A stretch of 64,000 nt of DNA from Mobula hypostoma (GCF_963921235.1 NC_086108.1:116128001-116192000), one strand, 5' to 3'. Shown: positions 33,827-46,000, numbered from the stretch's first letter. Translations and numbers: made by a program. The notes: generated from the letters alone by a model not told the origin.

Positions 33827-34249
33827 CTTCAGCTTATACTTGCTGTGTGGGATCTGCCTGTGCTTTGTGTCTGCACTTGCCGTGTGCAGGTTACCCACAA
33901 ATGTCAACGCAACGGTATGCCTGGGATCTTGCTGTGCACACATCCGTTCTTTGTCACTGACTCTTGCCGTGCACAGATCACACACTGAACATAACCCTCA
34001 GGAGCACTGCGTTCACTGTGGGATCTTCTGCCCATTCCTCAGGGTTGACAGGCCACGATTGCAATGTGAACATGTTCATGAGGAAAGCTGAAAATGGGTG
34101 CTGAACCTTTGCCCTTTACCTGGGGGTTGGAGGATTTATTACCCCCATCCACAGCCGCTCTCTACATTGGCACCGATCTCCCCAGTCTGGGGCAAGATAC
34201 AGTGAGAAGCATGTCCTGCATCTCTCCAGGTCTCTAAACCCCCCACCCG

Positions 34250-35689
34250 CCGACACTGCAAGCTCCTTCCCGACTCTGCAAACCATCTCCTTGCCTCTGC
34301 AACACCCCCATTCTCTCTTAAACCCTTTCCTGGTATGTGCAAAACCTCCCTGTCTTTGCAATCCCCACCCCTGTCTCTCCACCCTCTGTCTCAGCAAACA
34401 CCTTCTGTCTCTGCAACTCTTCCCTGTTTCTGCAAACCCCTAAATGAATCTGCAAAACCCATCACTGTCCCTGCAACCCCTCCCCCGTCTCTGCAACCCC
34501 TCCCCCGTCTCTGCAACCCCTCCCCACTCTGCAAACCCCTCCCCCACTCTGCAAACCCCTCCCCCACTCCGCAAACCCCTCCCTCATCTCTGCAAGCCCC
34601 TCCCCCATCTCTGCAAGCCCCCCCCGTCTCTGTAAACCCCATCCCTGTCTCTGTAAACCCCTGCCCCATCTCTGCAAACCCCTCCCTGATCTCTGCAAAC
34701 CCCTCCCTGTCTATAGGACCCTCTCCCTGTCTATAGGACCCTCTCCCTGTCTATAGACACCTCCCTGTCTATAGACCCCCCTCCCCGTCTATAGTCCCCC
34801 CCTCCCCGTCTATAGACACATCCTCATCTATAGGACCCCCTCCCTGTCTATAGACCCCCCCTCCCTGTCTATAGACACCCCTCCCCGTCTATAGACACAT
34901 CCCCATCTATAGACACATCCCCATCTATAGGACCCCCTCCCTGTCTATAGACCCCCCCTCCCTGTCTATAGACACCCCCTCCCTGTCTATAGACACCTCC
35001 CCTCCCTGTCTATAGACACCTCCCCTCCCTGTCTATAGATGCCTCCCTGTCTATAGATGCCTCCCTGTCAGATAGGACCCCCTGCCTGTCTATAGATGCC
35101 TCCCTGTCAGATAGGACCCCCTGCCTGTCTATAGATACCTCCCTGTCAGATAGGACCCCCTGCCTGTTTATAGATACCTCCCTGTCAGATAGGACCCCCT
35201 GCCTGTCTATAGATACCTCCCTGTCAGATAGGACCCCCTGCCTGTTTATAGATACCTCCCTGTCAGATAGGACCCCCTGCCTGTTTATAGATACCTCCCT
35301 GTCAGATAGGACCCCCTGCCTGTTTATAGATACCTCCCTGTCAGATAGGACCCCCTGCCTGTTTATAGATACCTCCCTGTCAGATAGGACCCCCTGCCTG
35401 TTTATAGATACCTCCCTGTCAGATAGGACCCCCTGCCTGTTTATAGATACCTCCCCCTCTGTAGATATCTCTCTGTCTATATCTCTCTGTCTATAGAACC
35501 CCCTCGCTGTCTATAGAACCCCCTCGCTGTCTATAGAATCCCCTCCCCGTCTATACAGCCCTCTCCCCGTCTATACAGCCCTCTCCCCGTCTCTGCAGCC
35601 CACTCCCCCGTCTCTGCAGCCCACTCCCCCGTCTCTGCAGCCCACTCCCCCGTCTCTGCAGTACCCTCCCCCGTCTCTGCAAACCCTTC
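34250..35689. repeat. C-rich tandem repeat of ~20-bp TCTCTGCAAACCCCTCCCCG-type units, grading into CTATAGA variants and a 39-bp subarray (35063-35455, GTCAGATAGGACCCCCTGCCTGTTTATAGATACCTCCCT)
   Basis: Directly visible tandem units; the 39-bp period is seen at 35145 vs 35184. Confidence 0.92.
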
Positions 35690-35886
35690 AATGTAGTGTA
35701 GCAGCAGTAATAGGGTCTCTATCGTAGTGGGACAGACAGGCGATTCTGTGGACGCAAAAAGAAACACGGATGGTAGTTTGCCTCTCAGGCGCCACGGTCT
35801 GCGATATTTCTGAGCACGTCCACAATATCCTGAAAAGGGAGTGTGAGCATCAAGAAGTCGTGGTACACATTGGTACCAACAGCATA

Positions 35887-36873
35887 CTGGGTCCAATATT
35901 GTTTGTCATATATATTTATGATCTGGATGATGAGGTGGTAAATTGGATTAGTAAGTATGCAGATGATACTAAAATAGGTGGCATTGTGGATGATGAGGTA
36001 GGTTTTCAAAGCTTGCAGAGAGAATTAGGACAGTTAGGAGAGTGGGCTGAAAGATGGCAGATGGAGTTTAATGCTGATAAATGTGAGGTGCTACATTTTG
36101 GTAGGACTAATCAAAATAGGACATACATGGTAAATGGTAGGGCATTGAAGAATGCAGTAGAACTGAGGGATCTAGGAATAATGGTGCACAGTTCCCTGAA
36201 GGTGGAATCTCATGTGGATAGAGTGGTGAAGAAAGCTTTTGGTATGCTGGCCTTTATAAATCAGAGCATTGAGTATAGGTGTTGGGATGTAATGTTGAAA
36301 TTGTACAAGGCATTGGTAAGGCCAAATTTGGAGTATTGTGTACAGTTCTGGTCACCGAATTATAGGAAAGATGTCAATAAAATTGAGAGTACAGAGGAGG
36401 TTTACTAAAATGTTGCCTGGGTTTCATCTCTTAAGTTACAAAGAAAGGTTGAACAAGTAAGGTCTTTATTCTTTGGAGCGTAGAAGGTTGAGGGGGGACT
36501 TGATAGAGGTATTTAAAATTATGAGGGGGATAGATAGAGTTGACGTGGATAGGCTTTTTCCATTGAGAGTGGGGGAAATTCAAACAAGAAGACATGAGTT
36601 GAGAGTTAAAGGGCAAAAGTTTAGGGGTAACATGAGGGGGAACTTCTTTACTCAGAGAGTGGTAGCTGTGTGGAACGAGCTTCCAGCAGAAGTGGTTGAG
36701 GCAGGTTCGATGTTGTCATTTAAAGTTAAATTGGACAGATATATGGGCAGGAAAGGAATGGAGGGTTATGGGCTGAGTGCAGGTCGGTGGGACTAGGTGA
36801 GAGTAAGAGTTCAGCACGGACCAGAAGGGCCGAGATGGCCTGTTTCTGTGCTGTCATTGTTATATGGTTATAT
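35887..36873 (+). mobile_element. 5'-truncated CR1 copy (RT C-half plus 3' UTR) nested in ORF1 of the host CR1
   Basis: LGPILFVIYIYDLD...KYADDTK...LVRPNLEYCVQFWSP...ERRRLRGDLIEVFK...AGRWD*, followed by a TTATATGG tail. Confidence 0.93.
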
Positions 36874-36879
36874 GATTTA

Positions 36880-37090
36880 ATACTCACCTCAACCCCATTC
36901 TCCTGCCTCCTCCCCGTAACCTTTGATGGCCTGACTAATCAAGAAACTATCAACCTCCATTTTAAAAATACTCAAAGACTTGGGCTCCTACAGTTGTCTG
37001 TAACGATGAAGTTCACAGATCCACCACCCTGTGGCTGCAGAAATCCCTTTTCATCTCCGTTCTAAAGGATTGTCCTTCTATTCTGAGACT
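36880..37090 (-). mobile_element. CR1 3' fragment, antisense
   Basis: The reverse complement matches the CR1 3' region (..gggtggtggatctgtgaac..atcaaaggttacggggaggaggcaggagaatggggttgag). Confidence 0.75.
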
Positions 37091-37289
37091 ACTCATCCAA
37101 GCAGGGTGAGCAGAGAGAGTTAACCAAGGAGAAGGAAAGCTAACTGCAGAATGCAGGAGGCAGCAGGATCAAGGGCGAAAAGCAAACAGGCCCACAGTAG
37201 AAAAATACTAAGATGATTAAAAAGTGAAAAGAGCAAGCCTGGAGGCTTTGTAACTTAATGCATGACACATAGCTCATAAGTAACAAGCA

Positions 37290-37745
37290 GAGGGGAATAG
37301 AAGAATAGAGGGCTGTGTGTGAGGGAAGAGTTAGATTGATCTTGGAGTGGATTAAAAGGTCAGCACAATATCATGGGCTGAAGGGCCTGTACTGTGCTAT
37401 TCTCCATGAATGTGGTTGTTCTGAAGACTGTTATGGAAACACAGTTACACTGGGACCAGAGGAGCAACAACATCCAGGAAGATGAGACAATTGGCAACTA
37501 GGGATGGGGTAGCACTGTTTATGAGATGAGGTCACTACAGCGGTGAGAGATCCTCTTGACTCAGATGTTGAACCCGTTTGGGTATTGAAGGAAATGAAGA
37601 GTAGTGCTTCAGAGGTTTGGTTGAGTACATGGATTGGAGGGGTATGGTCCAGGTGCAGGTCGATGGGTCCAGGCAAAATAATAGTATAGTATGGACCAGA
37701 TGGGCTGAATGGTCTGTTTCTGTACTGTAGCAGTCTATGGATTTC
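37290..37745 (+). mobile_element. Cluster of short CR1 remnants (two 3' tails around an EN-region fragment)
   Basis: Tails gggctgaagggcctgtactgtgct (~37375-37400) and gggctgaatggtctgtttctgtactgtag (~37702-37730), with degraded EN-like sequence between them. Confidence 0.6.
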
Positions 37746-38340
37746 AGACTCCGGTGTAGAATCGGCCCAGACTGTAGGGGAGAGGAGAAAGGGTTGGGAC
37801 TTGTAAAGGAAAATGAGCAGAGAGTGTGTGGGATGCTTTACATTGAGTGAAACAGGTTGGAGAATGAAGTTGTGGAGACAGAGAGGCCCAACCAACTCAA
37901 ACTCTCCTCATGGACAGCACCTTCACCCCAGAACATAGTGAGACCTCTCCATACTGATGGAAGTACAGGTGTATAATCCCTCCGCGATGGAGATCGGACC
38001 TGTGCCCAGCACCCCAGGCGCACTTTTACCTATATTATAAGTAATCTCCCTGGAATAAAGACCAGCGTTCCATTGGCTGCCTGCTGACTCTTGTGTTTGA
38101 AACCCTGATTCCTTCCACAGCATCAAGCAGTGTCACACATTAATAGTTCTTTGTCATCTCATTAACACAGCTATCCCACCACTCTTTTTGGGCTGAAAGG
38201 CCTCCTCCTGAACTGTGAGACGGTCTGAAGCTTGGGAGAAGCAGACACTGATTTACTGAAGCAGAGTTTCACAGATACGCCAGAGAGCCAGACACCCATG
38301 GAGGGAAAGTTACTGGAGGGTATTCTGAGAGAATCAGAAT

Positions 38341-38443
38341 CAGGTCGGTGGGACTAGGTGAGAGTAAGAGTTCGGCACGGACTAGAAAGTCCGAGATGAC
38401 CTGTTTCCGTGCTGGAATTGTTATATAGTTACATGGTTATATG
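38341..38443 (+). mobile_element. Second copy of the 3' UTR/tail of the CR1 at 35887-36873
   Basis: caggtcggtgggactaggtgagagtaagagttc... matches 36780-36873 and ends in a TTATATGG tail. Confidence 0.9.
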
Positions 38444-40032
38444 GAAAAAGGGAGGAGGTCTTGAAAACAGAATACAGAGGGTTAGGGAGGAAGCTGAGAA
38501 GCAGGACCTCAAGAGTAGTAATATCAGGATTGCTGCCTGCACCACACGACAGTGAGAATAGGAACAGAATGAGGTGAGAGATAAATGCGTGGCTGAGGGA
38601 TTGGACCAGGGGACAGGGATTCAGATTTCTGGATCATTGGGACCTCTTCTGGGGCAGGTGTGACCTGTACAAAAGGGATGAGTTGCACTTGAATCCGAGG
38701 GGGACCAATATCCTTGCAAGCAAGTTTACTACGGATGTTGGGAGTGGTTTAAGCTGATATGGCAGGGAGATGGGAATCAGTATGATAGAGCTGAGGATGA
38801 GCCAGCAGGTTTACAAGTAGATGATGGGTGTAACAAGAATGTAAGAAAGAACATGCCAATACAGACAGAACAAAGAGTTAAATTGTACTATAGATGCAAA
38901 ATTCATAGGATGAGGATGCTGTATTTAAATGTGCACTGCATTAGGAATAAGATGGACAAACTTGTGGCGCAATTAGAGATTGGTCAGTATGACACTGTGG
39001 GCATCACTGAGTCGTGGCTGAAAGAAGGTCATAATTGTGAGTTTAACATCAAATAATGTACTTTGTATCAAAAGGACAGGCAGAAAGGCATAGGCGGTGA
39101 TGTGGCTCTGTTGGTAAGAGATGGAATTACATCTTTAGAAAGAGGTGACATAGGGTCAGAGACTGTCAAAAACTTTGTGACTGGAGTTAAAAGACTGCAA
39201 GGGTAGCAAAACCATTATGGGAATCAAATATAGGCATCCAAATATCAGTCAAGATGTGGGGTTGAGATTGCAAAGGGAGCTGGAAAGGGCGTGTAATAAG
39301 GACTAATGTCAAAATTATAATGGGGGACTTCACTATGCAAGGGGACTGGGAAAATCAGGTCACAAGAGAGGGAATTTGTTGAATACCTACAAGATGGCTT
39401 TTTAGAGCAGCTTGTGTTTGAGCCTGCTCGGGATTGGGTGTTGTGTAATAGTTCAGACGTTATTAGTCAGCTTAATGTAAAGGAAGCAGTGACCATAACG
39501 AGTGAATTCATGCTGCAATTTGAGAGGGAGAAACACAAGTCACATGTAGCAGTATCACAGTGGAATAACAGAAATTTTAGAGAGGAGCTTGCCCAGGTGG
39601 ATTGGAGGAGGATACTGGCAGGGATGATAACAGAAGAAAGGTGGCTAAAGTTTCTGGGAATAGTTCACAAGGCGCAGGATAGCTATGTCCCACAGAAGAA
39701 GATCTCAGACTGCAGGGGTAGGCAACTGTGGCTGACAAGGGAAGTTAAGGACTGCATAAAAGCCAAGGAAAGGGCATATATGGTAGCAAAAATGAGTGGG
39801 AAGTTGGATGCTTGGGAAGCTTTTAAAATCCAACAAAAGGCAACTAAAAAAGTTATAAGAAGGGAAGAGATCAAATAAGTTGGCAAACTAGTCAATAATA
39901 TAAAGCAGGATGCCAAAAGTTTTTTTCAGTTATATAAAGAGTAAAAGGGAGGTGAAGTTGATATTGGACCACTGGAAAATAATGCTGGTGAGGTAGTAAT
40001 GGGGGACCAAGAAATGGCAGATTAACTTAATC

Positions 40033-40152
40033 CACGGCCTCTTCAACAGTAAAGGTGAAGCCACACGCAGGTTGGAGGAACAACACCTTATATTCCATCT
40101 GGGTAGCCTCCAACCTGATGGCATGAACATTGACTTCTCAAACTTCCGCTAA
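40033..40152 (+). pseudogene. Remnant C-terminus of a Penelope GIY-YIG endonuclease
   Basis: Translates as HGLFNSKGEATRRLEEQHLIFHLGSLQPDGMNIDFSNFR*, matching the RxxxExxxIxxLxxxxPxG(L/M)N motif of PLE GIY-YIG domains. Not listed in the ORF track. Confidence 0.85.
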
Positions 40153-40466
40153 TGCCCCACCTCTCCCCCTCGTACCCCATCCGTCATTTATTTATATACA
40201 CACATTCTTTCTCTCTCTCTCCTTTTTCTCCCTCTGTCCCTCTGACTATACCCCTTGCCCATCCTCTGGGCTTCCCCTCCCCCTTTCTTTCTCCCTAGGC
40301 CTCCTGTCCCATGATCTTTTCATATCCCTTTTGCCAATCACCTGTCCAGCTCTTGGCTCCATCCCTCCCCCTCCTGTCTTCTCCTATCATTTCGGATCTC
40401 CCCCTCCCCCTCCCCCTCCCCCTCTCCCTCCCACTTCCAAATCTCTTATTAGCTCTTCTTTCAGTT

Positions 40467-40502
40467 AGTCCTGACGAAGGGTCTCGGCCCGAAACATCGA
40501 CT
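40467..40502 (+). ncRNA. Minimal type I hammerhead ribozyme-like motif in the Penelope terminus
   Basis: AGTC-CTGACGA-A-GGGT(CTCG)GCCC-GAAAC-ATC-GACT: core CUGANGA and GAAA, stem II GGGU/GCCC, stem I AGUC/GACU, NUH triplet AUC. PLEs are known to carry minimal hammerheads. Activity is uncertain because stem III reads ACAU rather than the palindromic ACGU. Confidence 0.65.
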
Positions 40503-41820
40503 GTACCTGGCCTGCTGCATTCACCAGCAATTTTTATGTGTGTTGCGTGGATTAACTTAATAAGTACTTTGCATCTGTCTTCACTGTGGAAGACACCTGC
40601 AGTGTGCCAGAGGTCCATGAGTGTCAGGGAGCAGGAGTGAGTGTCATTTCTATAACAAAGGAAAAAGTGCTAGGCAAACTCAACGGTCTTAAGGTGGACA
40701 AGTCTCCCAGAGTCCTGAGCGACGTTACTGAAGATATAACAGATACACTGGTCATAAGCTATCAAGAATCACTTGATTCTGGCATGGTCCCAGAGGACTG
40801 GAAGATTGTGCATCTCACTTCACTCTTTAAGAAGGGAGGAGGAAGGCAAAAGAAAGGAAATTATAAGCTAGTTAGCCTAACCTCAGTGGAGTTTTGGAAA
40901 GTTTTAGGATCTATTATTAAGGATGAGGGTTCAGTGTACATGGAGGCTAATGATAAAATAAGTCAAAGTCAGCATGGTTTCTGTAAAAGGAAATTTTGCC
41001 TGACAAATCTGTTAGAATTCTTGAGGAAGTAACAAGCAGGGTGAACAAAGGAGAGACAGTGGATGTCGTTTACTTGGATTTTCAGAAGGCATCTGATAAG
41101 GTGCCACACATGGGGCTGCCTAACAAGATGAAACCCTATGGTGTTACAGGAAAGACACTGGCATGGACAGAGGAATGGCTGACAGGCAGGAGGCAGTGAG
41201 TGGGAATAAAAGGGGCCTTTTCTGGTTGGCTGCTGGTGACTAGTGGTGTTCCTCAGGGGTCAGTATTGAGACCACTGCTTTTCACAATGTTTGTCTGTGA
41301 TTTGGATAATGGAATTGATGGCTTTGTGGCAAAGTTTGCAGATGATACAAAGATGGGTGGAGGGGTAGGTAGTGCTGGGGAAGCAATGCGATTTCAGCAG
41401 GGCATGGACAAATTGGAAGAATGGGCAAAAACGTGACAGATGGAATACAGTGTTGAGAAATGTATGATACAGTAATGCATTTTGGTAAAAGGAACAGTAG
41501 TGCGGACTATTATCTAAATGGGGAGAAGGTTCAAACAGCAGAGGTGCAGAGGAACTTAGGAGTCCTCATGCAAGACTCCCAGAAGGTTAATTTGCGGGTT
41601 GAGTCTGTGTTAAAGAAGACAAGTGCAATGTTGGCATTTTTTTCAAGGGGAACAGAATATAAAAACAAGGAGATAATGCTGAAGCTTTACGAGACACTAG
41701 TCAGGCCGCACTTGGAGTATTGTCAATAGTTCTGAACCCCATATCTCAGAAAGAATGTGTTGTCATTGGAGACCAGAGGAGGTTCACGAGGATGATTCCA
41801 GGAATGAAGTAGCTAGCATA

Positions 41821-42160
41821 TAAGACCATAAGACATAGGAACAGATTTGGGTCATTTGGCCCATCGAGTCTGCTCTGTCATTCAATCATGGCTGATCCTT
41901 AACAAACTCACTCTCTTGAGATCCATTACTAACCTGATCTTCTCAATCGATCTGCATGTTAAAATCTCCCATGACTATCATAACAGTGCCTTTTTCACAT
42001 GCCTTTTCTATTTCCTGTTGTAACTTGTGGTCCACCTCCCAGCCACTGTTGGGAGGCCTATGTATAGCAGCTATCGACGTCCTTTTACCCTTGCAGTTTC
42101 TTAACTCAACCCATAAAGATTCAATATCTTTCGATCCTATGTCACATCTTTCTACTGATT
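41821..42160 (-). mobile_element. Antisense chimeric CR1 insert: endonuclease-domain fragment fused directly to a CR1 3' tail
   Basis: The minus strand encodes KSVERCDIGSKDIESLWVELRN...HRPPNS...MGDFNMQID, then ~80 nt of 3' UTR ending TATGTCTTATGGTCTTA. The host reads ctagcata|tgaggagc across the insert. Confidence 0.85.
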
Positions 42161-42600
42161 TGAGGAGCATTTGGCAGTTTTGCGCCTGTACTCACTGGAA
42201 TTTAGGAGAATGCAGGGGGATCTCATTGATACGTACAGAATGTTGAAAGGACAAGATAAGGTGGATGTGGAGAGGATGTTTCCTCTGGTGGGCTTATCCA
42301 GAACTAGAGAGCACAGCCTCAAAATTGAGGGGCAACCTTTAAGAATAAAAGCAAGGAGGAATTTTTTTAGCCAAAGAGTGGTGAATCTATGAAACAGTCT
42401 GTCACAGACTTTGGTGCAGGCCTAGTGCATGACAGCAAAAGCTGATCATTTCCTGATCGGTCAGGGCATCAAGGGATATGCTGAGAGGGCAGGTGTATGG
42501 GGTTGAGTGGGATCCAGAATCAGCCATGATGAAATGGTGGAGTGGACTCAATGGGTTGAATGGCCTAACTCTGCTCCCATGTCTTGTGAGCTTATGGTCA

Positions 42601-45600
42601 AATGTCTCTGCAAACCCTTCCCTGTCTCTGCAAACCCCTCCTTGTCTCTGCAAACCCCCCCTCGTCTCTGCAAACCCCTCCCTTCTCTGAAAACCCCCCC
42701 ACGTCTCTGCAAACCCTTCCCTTCTCTGAAAACCCCCCCACGTCTCTGCAAACCCCCCCTCGTCTCTGCAAACCCTTCCCTTCTCTGCAAACCCCCACTC
42801 GTCTCTGCAAACCCCTCCTCGTCTCTGCAAACCCCTCCTTGTCTCTGCAAACCCCCCCTCGTCTCTGCAAACCCCCCCTCGTCTCTGCAAACCCCTCCCT
42901 TCTCTGCAAACCCCTCCTTTCTCTGCAAACCCCTCCTTTCTCTGTAAACCCCCCCTCGTCTCTGCAAACCCTTCCCTTCTCTGAAAACCCCCCCACGTCT
43001 CTGCAAACCCCCCCTCGTCTCTGCAAACCCCCCCTCGTCTCTGCAAACCCCTCCCTTCTCTGCAAACCCCCACTCGTCTCTGCAAACCCCTCCTCGTCTC
43101 TGCAAACCCCTCCTCGTCTCTGCAAACCCCCCCTCGTCTCTGCAAACCCCTCCCTTCTCTGCAAACCCCTCCCTTCTCTGCAAACCCTTCCCTTCTCTGC
43201 AAACCCTTCCCTTCTCTGCAAACCCCCCCACGTCTCTGCAAACTCCTCCTCATCTCTGCAAACCCCCCCTTTCTCTGCAAACCCTTCCCTTCTCTGCAAA
43301 CCCCCACTCGTCTCTGCAAACCCCCCCTCGTCTCTGCAAACCCTTCCCTTCTCTGCAAACCCCCCCTTCTCTGCAAACCCCCCCCTCATCTCTGCAAACC
43401 CTCCTCGTCTCTGCAAACCCCTCCTCGTCTCTGCAAACCCCTCCTCGTCTCTGCAAACCCCTCCCTTCTCTGCAAACTCCTCCTCGTCTCTGCAAACCCT
43501 TCCCTTCTCTGCAAACCCCCACTCGTCTCTGCAAACCCCCCCTCGTCTCTGCAAACCCTTCCTTTCTCTGCAAACCCCCCCCTTCTCTGCAAACCCCCCC
43601 TCATCTCTGCAAACCCTCCTCGTCTCTGCAAACCCCTCCTCGTCTCTGCAAACCCCTCCTCGTCTCTGCAAACCCCCCCTCGTCTCTGCAAACCCCTCCC
43701 TTCTCTGCAAACTCCTCCTCGTCTCTGCAAACCCCCCCTCGTCTCTGCAAACCCCCCCTCGTCTCTGCAAACCCCTCCTCGTCTCTGCAAACTCCCCCTC
43801 GTCTCTGCAAACCCCTCCCTTCTCTGCAAACCCCTCCCTTCTCTGAAACCCCCCCACGTCTCTGCAAACCCCCCCTCGTCTCTGCAAACCCCTCCTCGTC
43901 TCTGCAAACCCCTCCTCGTCTCTGCAAACCCTTCCCTTCTCTGCAAACTCCTCCTCGTCTCTGCAAACTCCTCCTCGTCTCTGCAAACCCCCCTCGTCTC
44001 TGCAAACCCCCCTCGTCTCTGCAAACCCTTCCCTTCTCTGCAAACCCCCCCTCATCTCTGCAAACTCCCCCTCGTCTCTGCAAACCCTTCCTTTCTCTGC
44101 AAACCCCCCCTCATCTCTGCAAACCCTCCTCGTCTCTGCAAACCCTCCTCGTCTCTGCAAACCCCTCCTCGTCTCTGCAAACCCCCCCTCGTCTCTGCAA
44201 ACCCCTCCCTTCTCTGCAAACTCCTCCTCGTCTCTGCAAACCCCCCCACGTCTCTGCAAACCCCCCCTCGTCTCTGCAAACCCCTCCTCGTCTCTGCAAA
44301 CCCCCCCTCGTCTCTGCAAACCCCTCCCTTCTCTGCAAACCCCCCCTTCTCTGAAAACCCCCCCACGTCTCTGCAAACCCCCCCTCGTCTCTGCAAACCC
44401 CTCCTCGTCTCTGCAAACCCCTCCTCGTCTCTGCAAACCCTTCCCTTCTCTGCAAACTCCTCCTCGTCTCTGCAAACTCCTCCTCGTCTCTGCAAACCCC
44501 CCTCGTCTCTGCAAACCCTTCCCTTCTCTGCAAACCCCCCCAGTCTCTGCAAACTCCTCCTCGTCTCTGCAAACTCCTCCTCGTCTCTGCAAACTCCTCC
44601 TCGTCTCTGCAAACCCCCCTCGTCTCTGCAAACTCCTCCTCGTCTCTGCAAACCCCCCTCGTCTCTGCAAACTCCTCCCTTCTCTGCACCCTCAATTCTT
44701 TCCTTGCATCCTCTCCCTCTTGGCAACTTTCTCCCTGTCTTTGAGGCCCCCTTCCTGTCTCTGCAGCTCCTGCCCATCACGGTAATCCTGTGCTCGTCTC
44801 TGCAAACCGCTGCCCATTCTGTCTCTTCAACACTTTCCCCACTCTCACTGTCTCTGCAACACCCTCCCCATCTCTGCAGTCATCTCCGTATATCTGCAAT
44901 GCCCTCCCTGTCTATACAGCCCTCTCAATTTATAAAACCCCTTCGATAAAACCCTCTCCCAGTCTATAAAAACCGCTCCCTATCTGCAGTTCCCTCACTA
45001 TCTCAGCATCCCCCTCCCCTTCTCTACAACCCCCTTCCAGTCTCTGCAACCTCTTCCCCATCACTACAGTGCCCGTTCTCTCTCAGCAACCCCTCCCCTT
45101 TTCTGTAACCCTCTCCCTGTTTCTTCAACACTGACCCTGTCTCTACCATCCTCTTTCCGTCTCTGCCATCCTCCCCATCTCTGCCATTCTCTCTCCATCT
45201 CTGCCATCCTCCCCATCTCTGCCATTCTCTCTCCATCTCTGCCATCCTCCCCATCTCTGCCATTCTCTCTCCATCTCTGCCATCCTCCCCATCTCTGCCA
45301 TTCTCTCTCCATCTCTGCCATCCTCCCCATCTCTGCCATCCTCTCCCCATCTCTGCCATCCTCTTCCCGTCTCTGCCATCCTCTTTTTGTCTCTGGCATC
45401 CTCTCCCTGTGTCTGAAGCTGTGTCAATTATTCTGGAACACACTCTTTCTCTGCAACCCTCTCCTCATATTCAAAATCCTCTCTTCATCTCTGCTACTTT
45501 CTCACTGTCTCTGAAAGTACCTCCCCATCGTCACAACCCTCCCCTCCGCTGAGTCCTGCAATCCAGTCCCCATCTCTGACACCCTCTCCTCGTATCTACA

Positions 45601-46000
45601 AATTCCTCCTCATCTGTCCAACCCTCTCCCCATCTCTGAAAACCCTCATTGTCTCTGATACCTCTCCTGTCTTGGCAACCCCCTCCCAGTCCCTCCCTCT
45701 GAAAAGCTGTCCGTGACCTTACAAGCCTGCTTCCCATCTCTGCTAACCCCTGCCCGTCTTTACAAACCGCTCCCCGCCTCAGCAGCCCCCTCCCCGTCTC
45801 TGCAGCCCCGTCCCTGCTCTGCAATACTGTCTCTGTAACATCACCATCTCTGCAAATCCTCCCAGTCTCTGTGGCCCTCTCTCTGTCTCAGTAACCCCTC
45901 CCTAGCTTTGCAAACCCCTCCCTCTCCCTGTCTCTTCTGTATTCACGCTGACACTGTAATCCTCTCCTGTCTTTGCAGACCCCTCCCTGACTATGCAACT
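42601..46000. repeat. C-rich ~20-21-bp satellite (GTCTCTGCAAACCCCYCCTC), homogeneous 42603-44690 and degenerate afterwards, with a 38-bp dimer subarray at ~45160-45400
   Basis: Directly visible tandem units; same family as 34250-35689. Confidence 0.95.

Larger units (their letters stand above)
40032..40549 (+). mobile_element. Penelope-like element 3' fragment inserted in CR1 ORF2, flanked by the 12-bp direct repeat GATTAACTTAAT
   Basis: Contains a GIY-YIG C-terminal coding remnant, a pyrimidine-rich UTR and a hammerhead-like terminal motif. Direct repeats lie at 40020-40031 and 40550-40561; removing the insert restores the host CR1 sequence. Confidence 0.88.
35690..42599 (+). mobile_element. 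Near full-length decayed CR1 LINE (ORF1 SGNH esterase plus ORF2 APE-RT) hosting three nested insertions
   Basis: ORF1 VCLSGATV...VVVHIGTN (35770-35886) resumes at 38443 (..EEVLKTEY..DELHLNPRGTN). EN: MLYLNVHCIRNK..GITESWL (38900+). RT: VVYLDFQKA, SGVPQGSVL, KFADDTK (41060-41350). C-terminus and (CTTATGGT) tail end at ~42599. Many stops and frameshifts. Confidence 0.9.

Noticed and set aside
42402..44780. Arg/Gly/Glu-rich ORFs (up to 690 aa) and a Pro/Ser-rich 414-aa ORF
   Set aside because: They are translations of the ~20-bp satellite, open in multiple frames.
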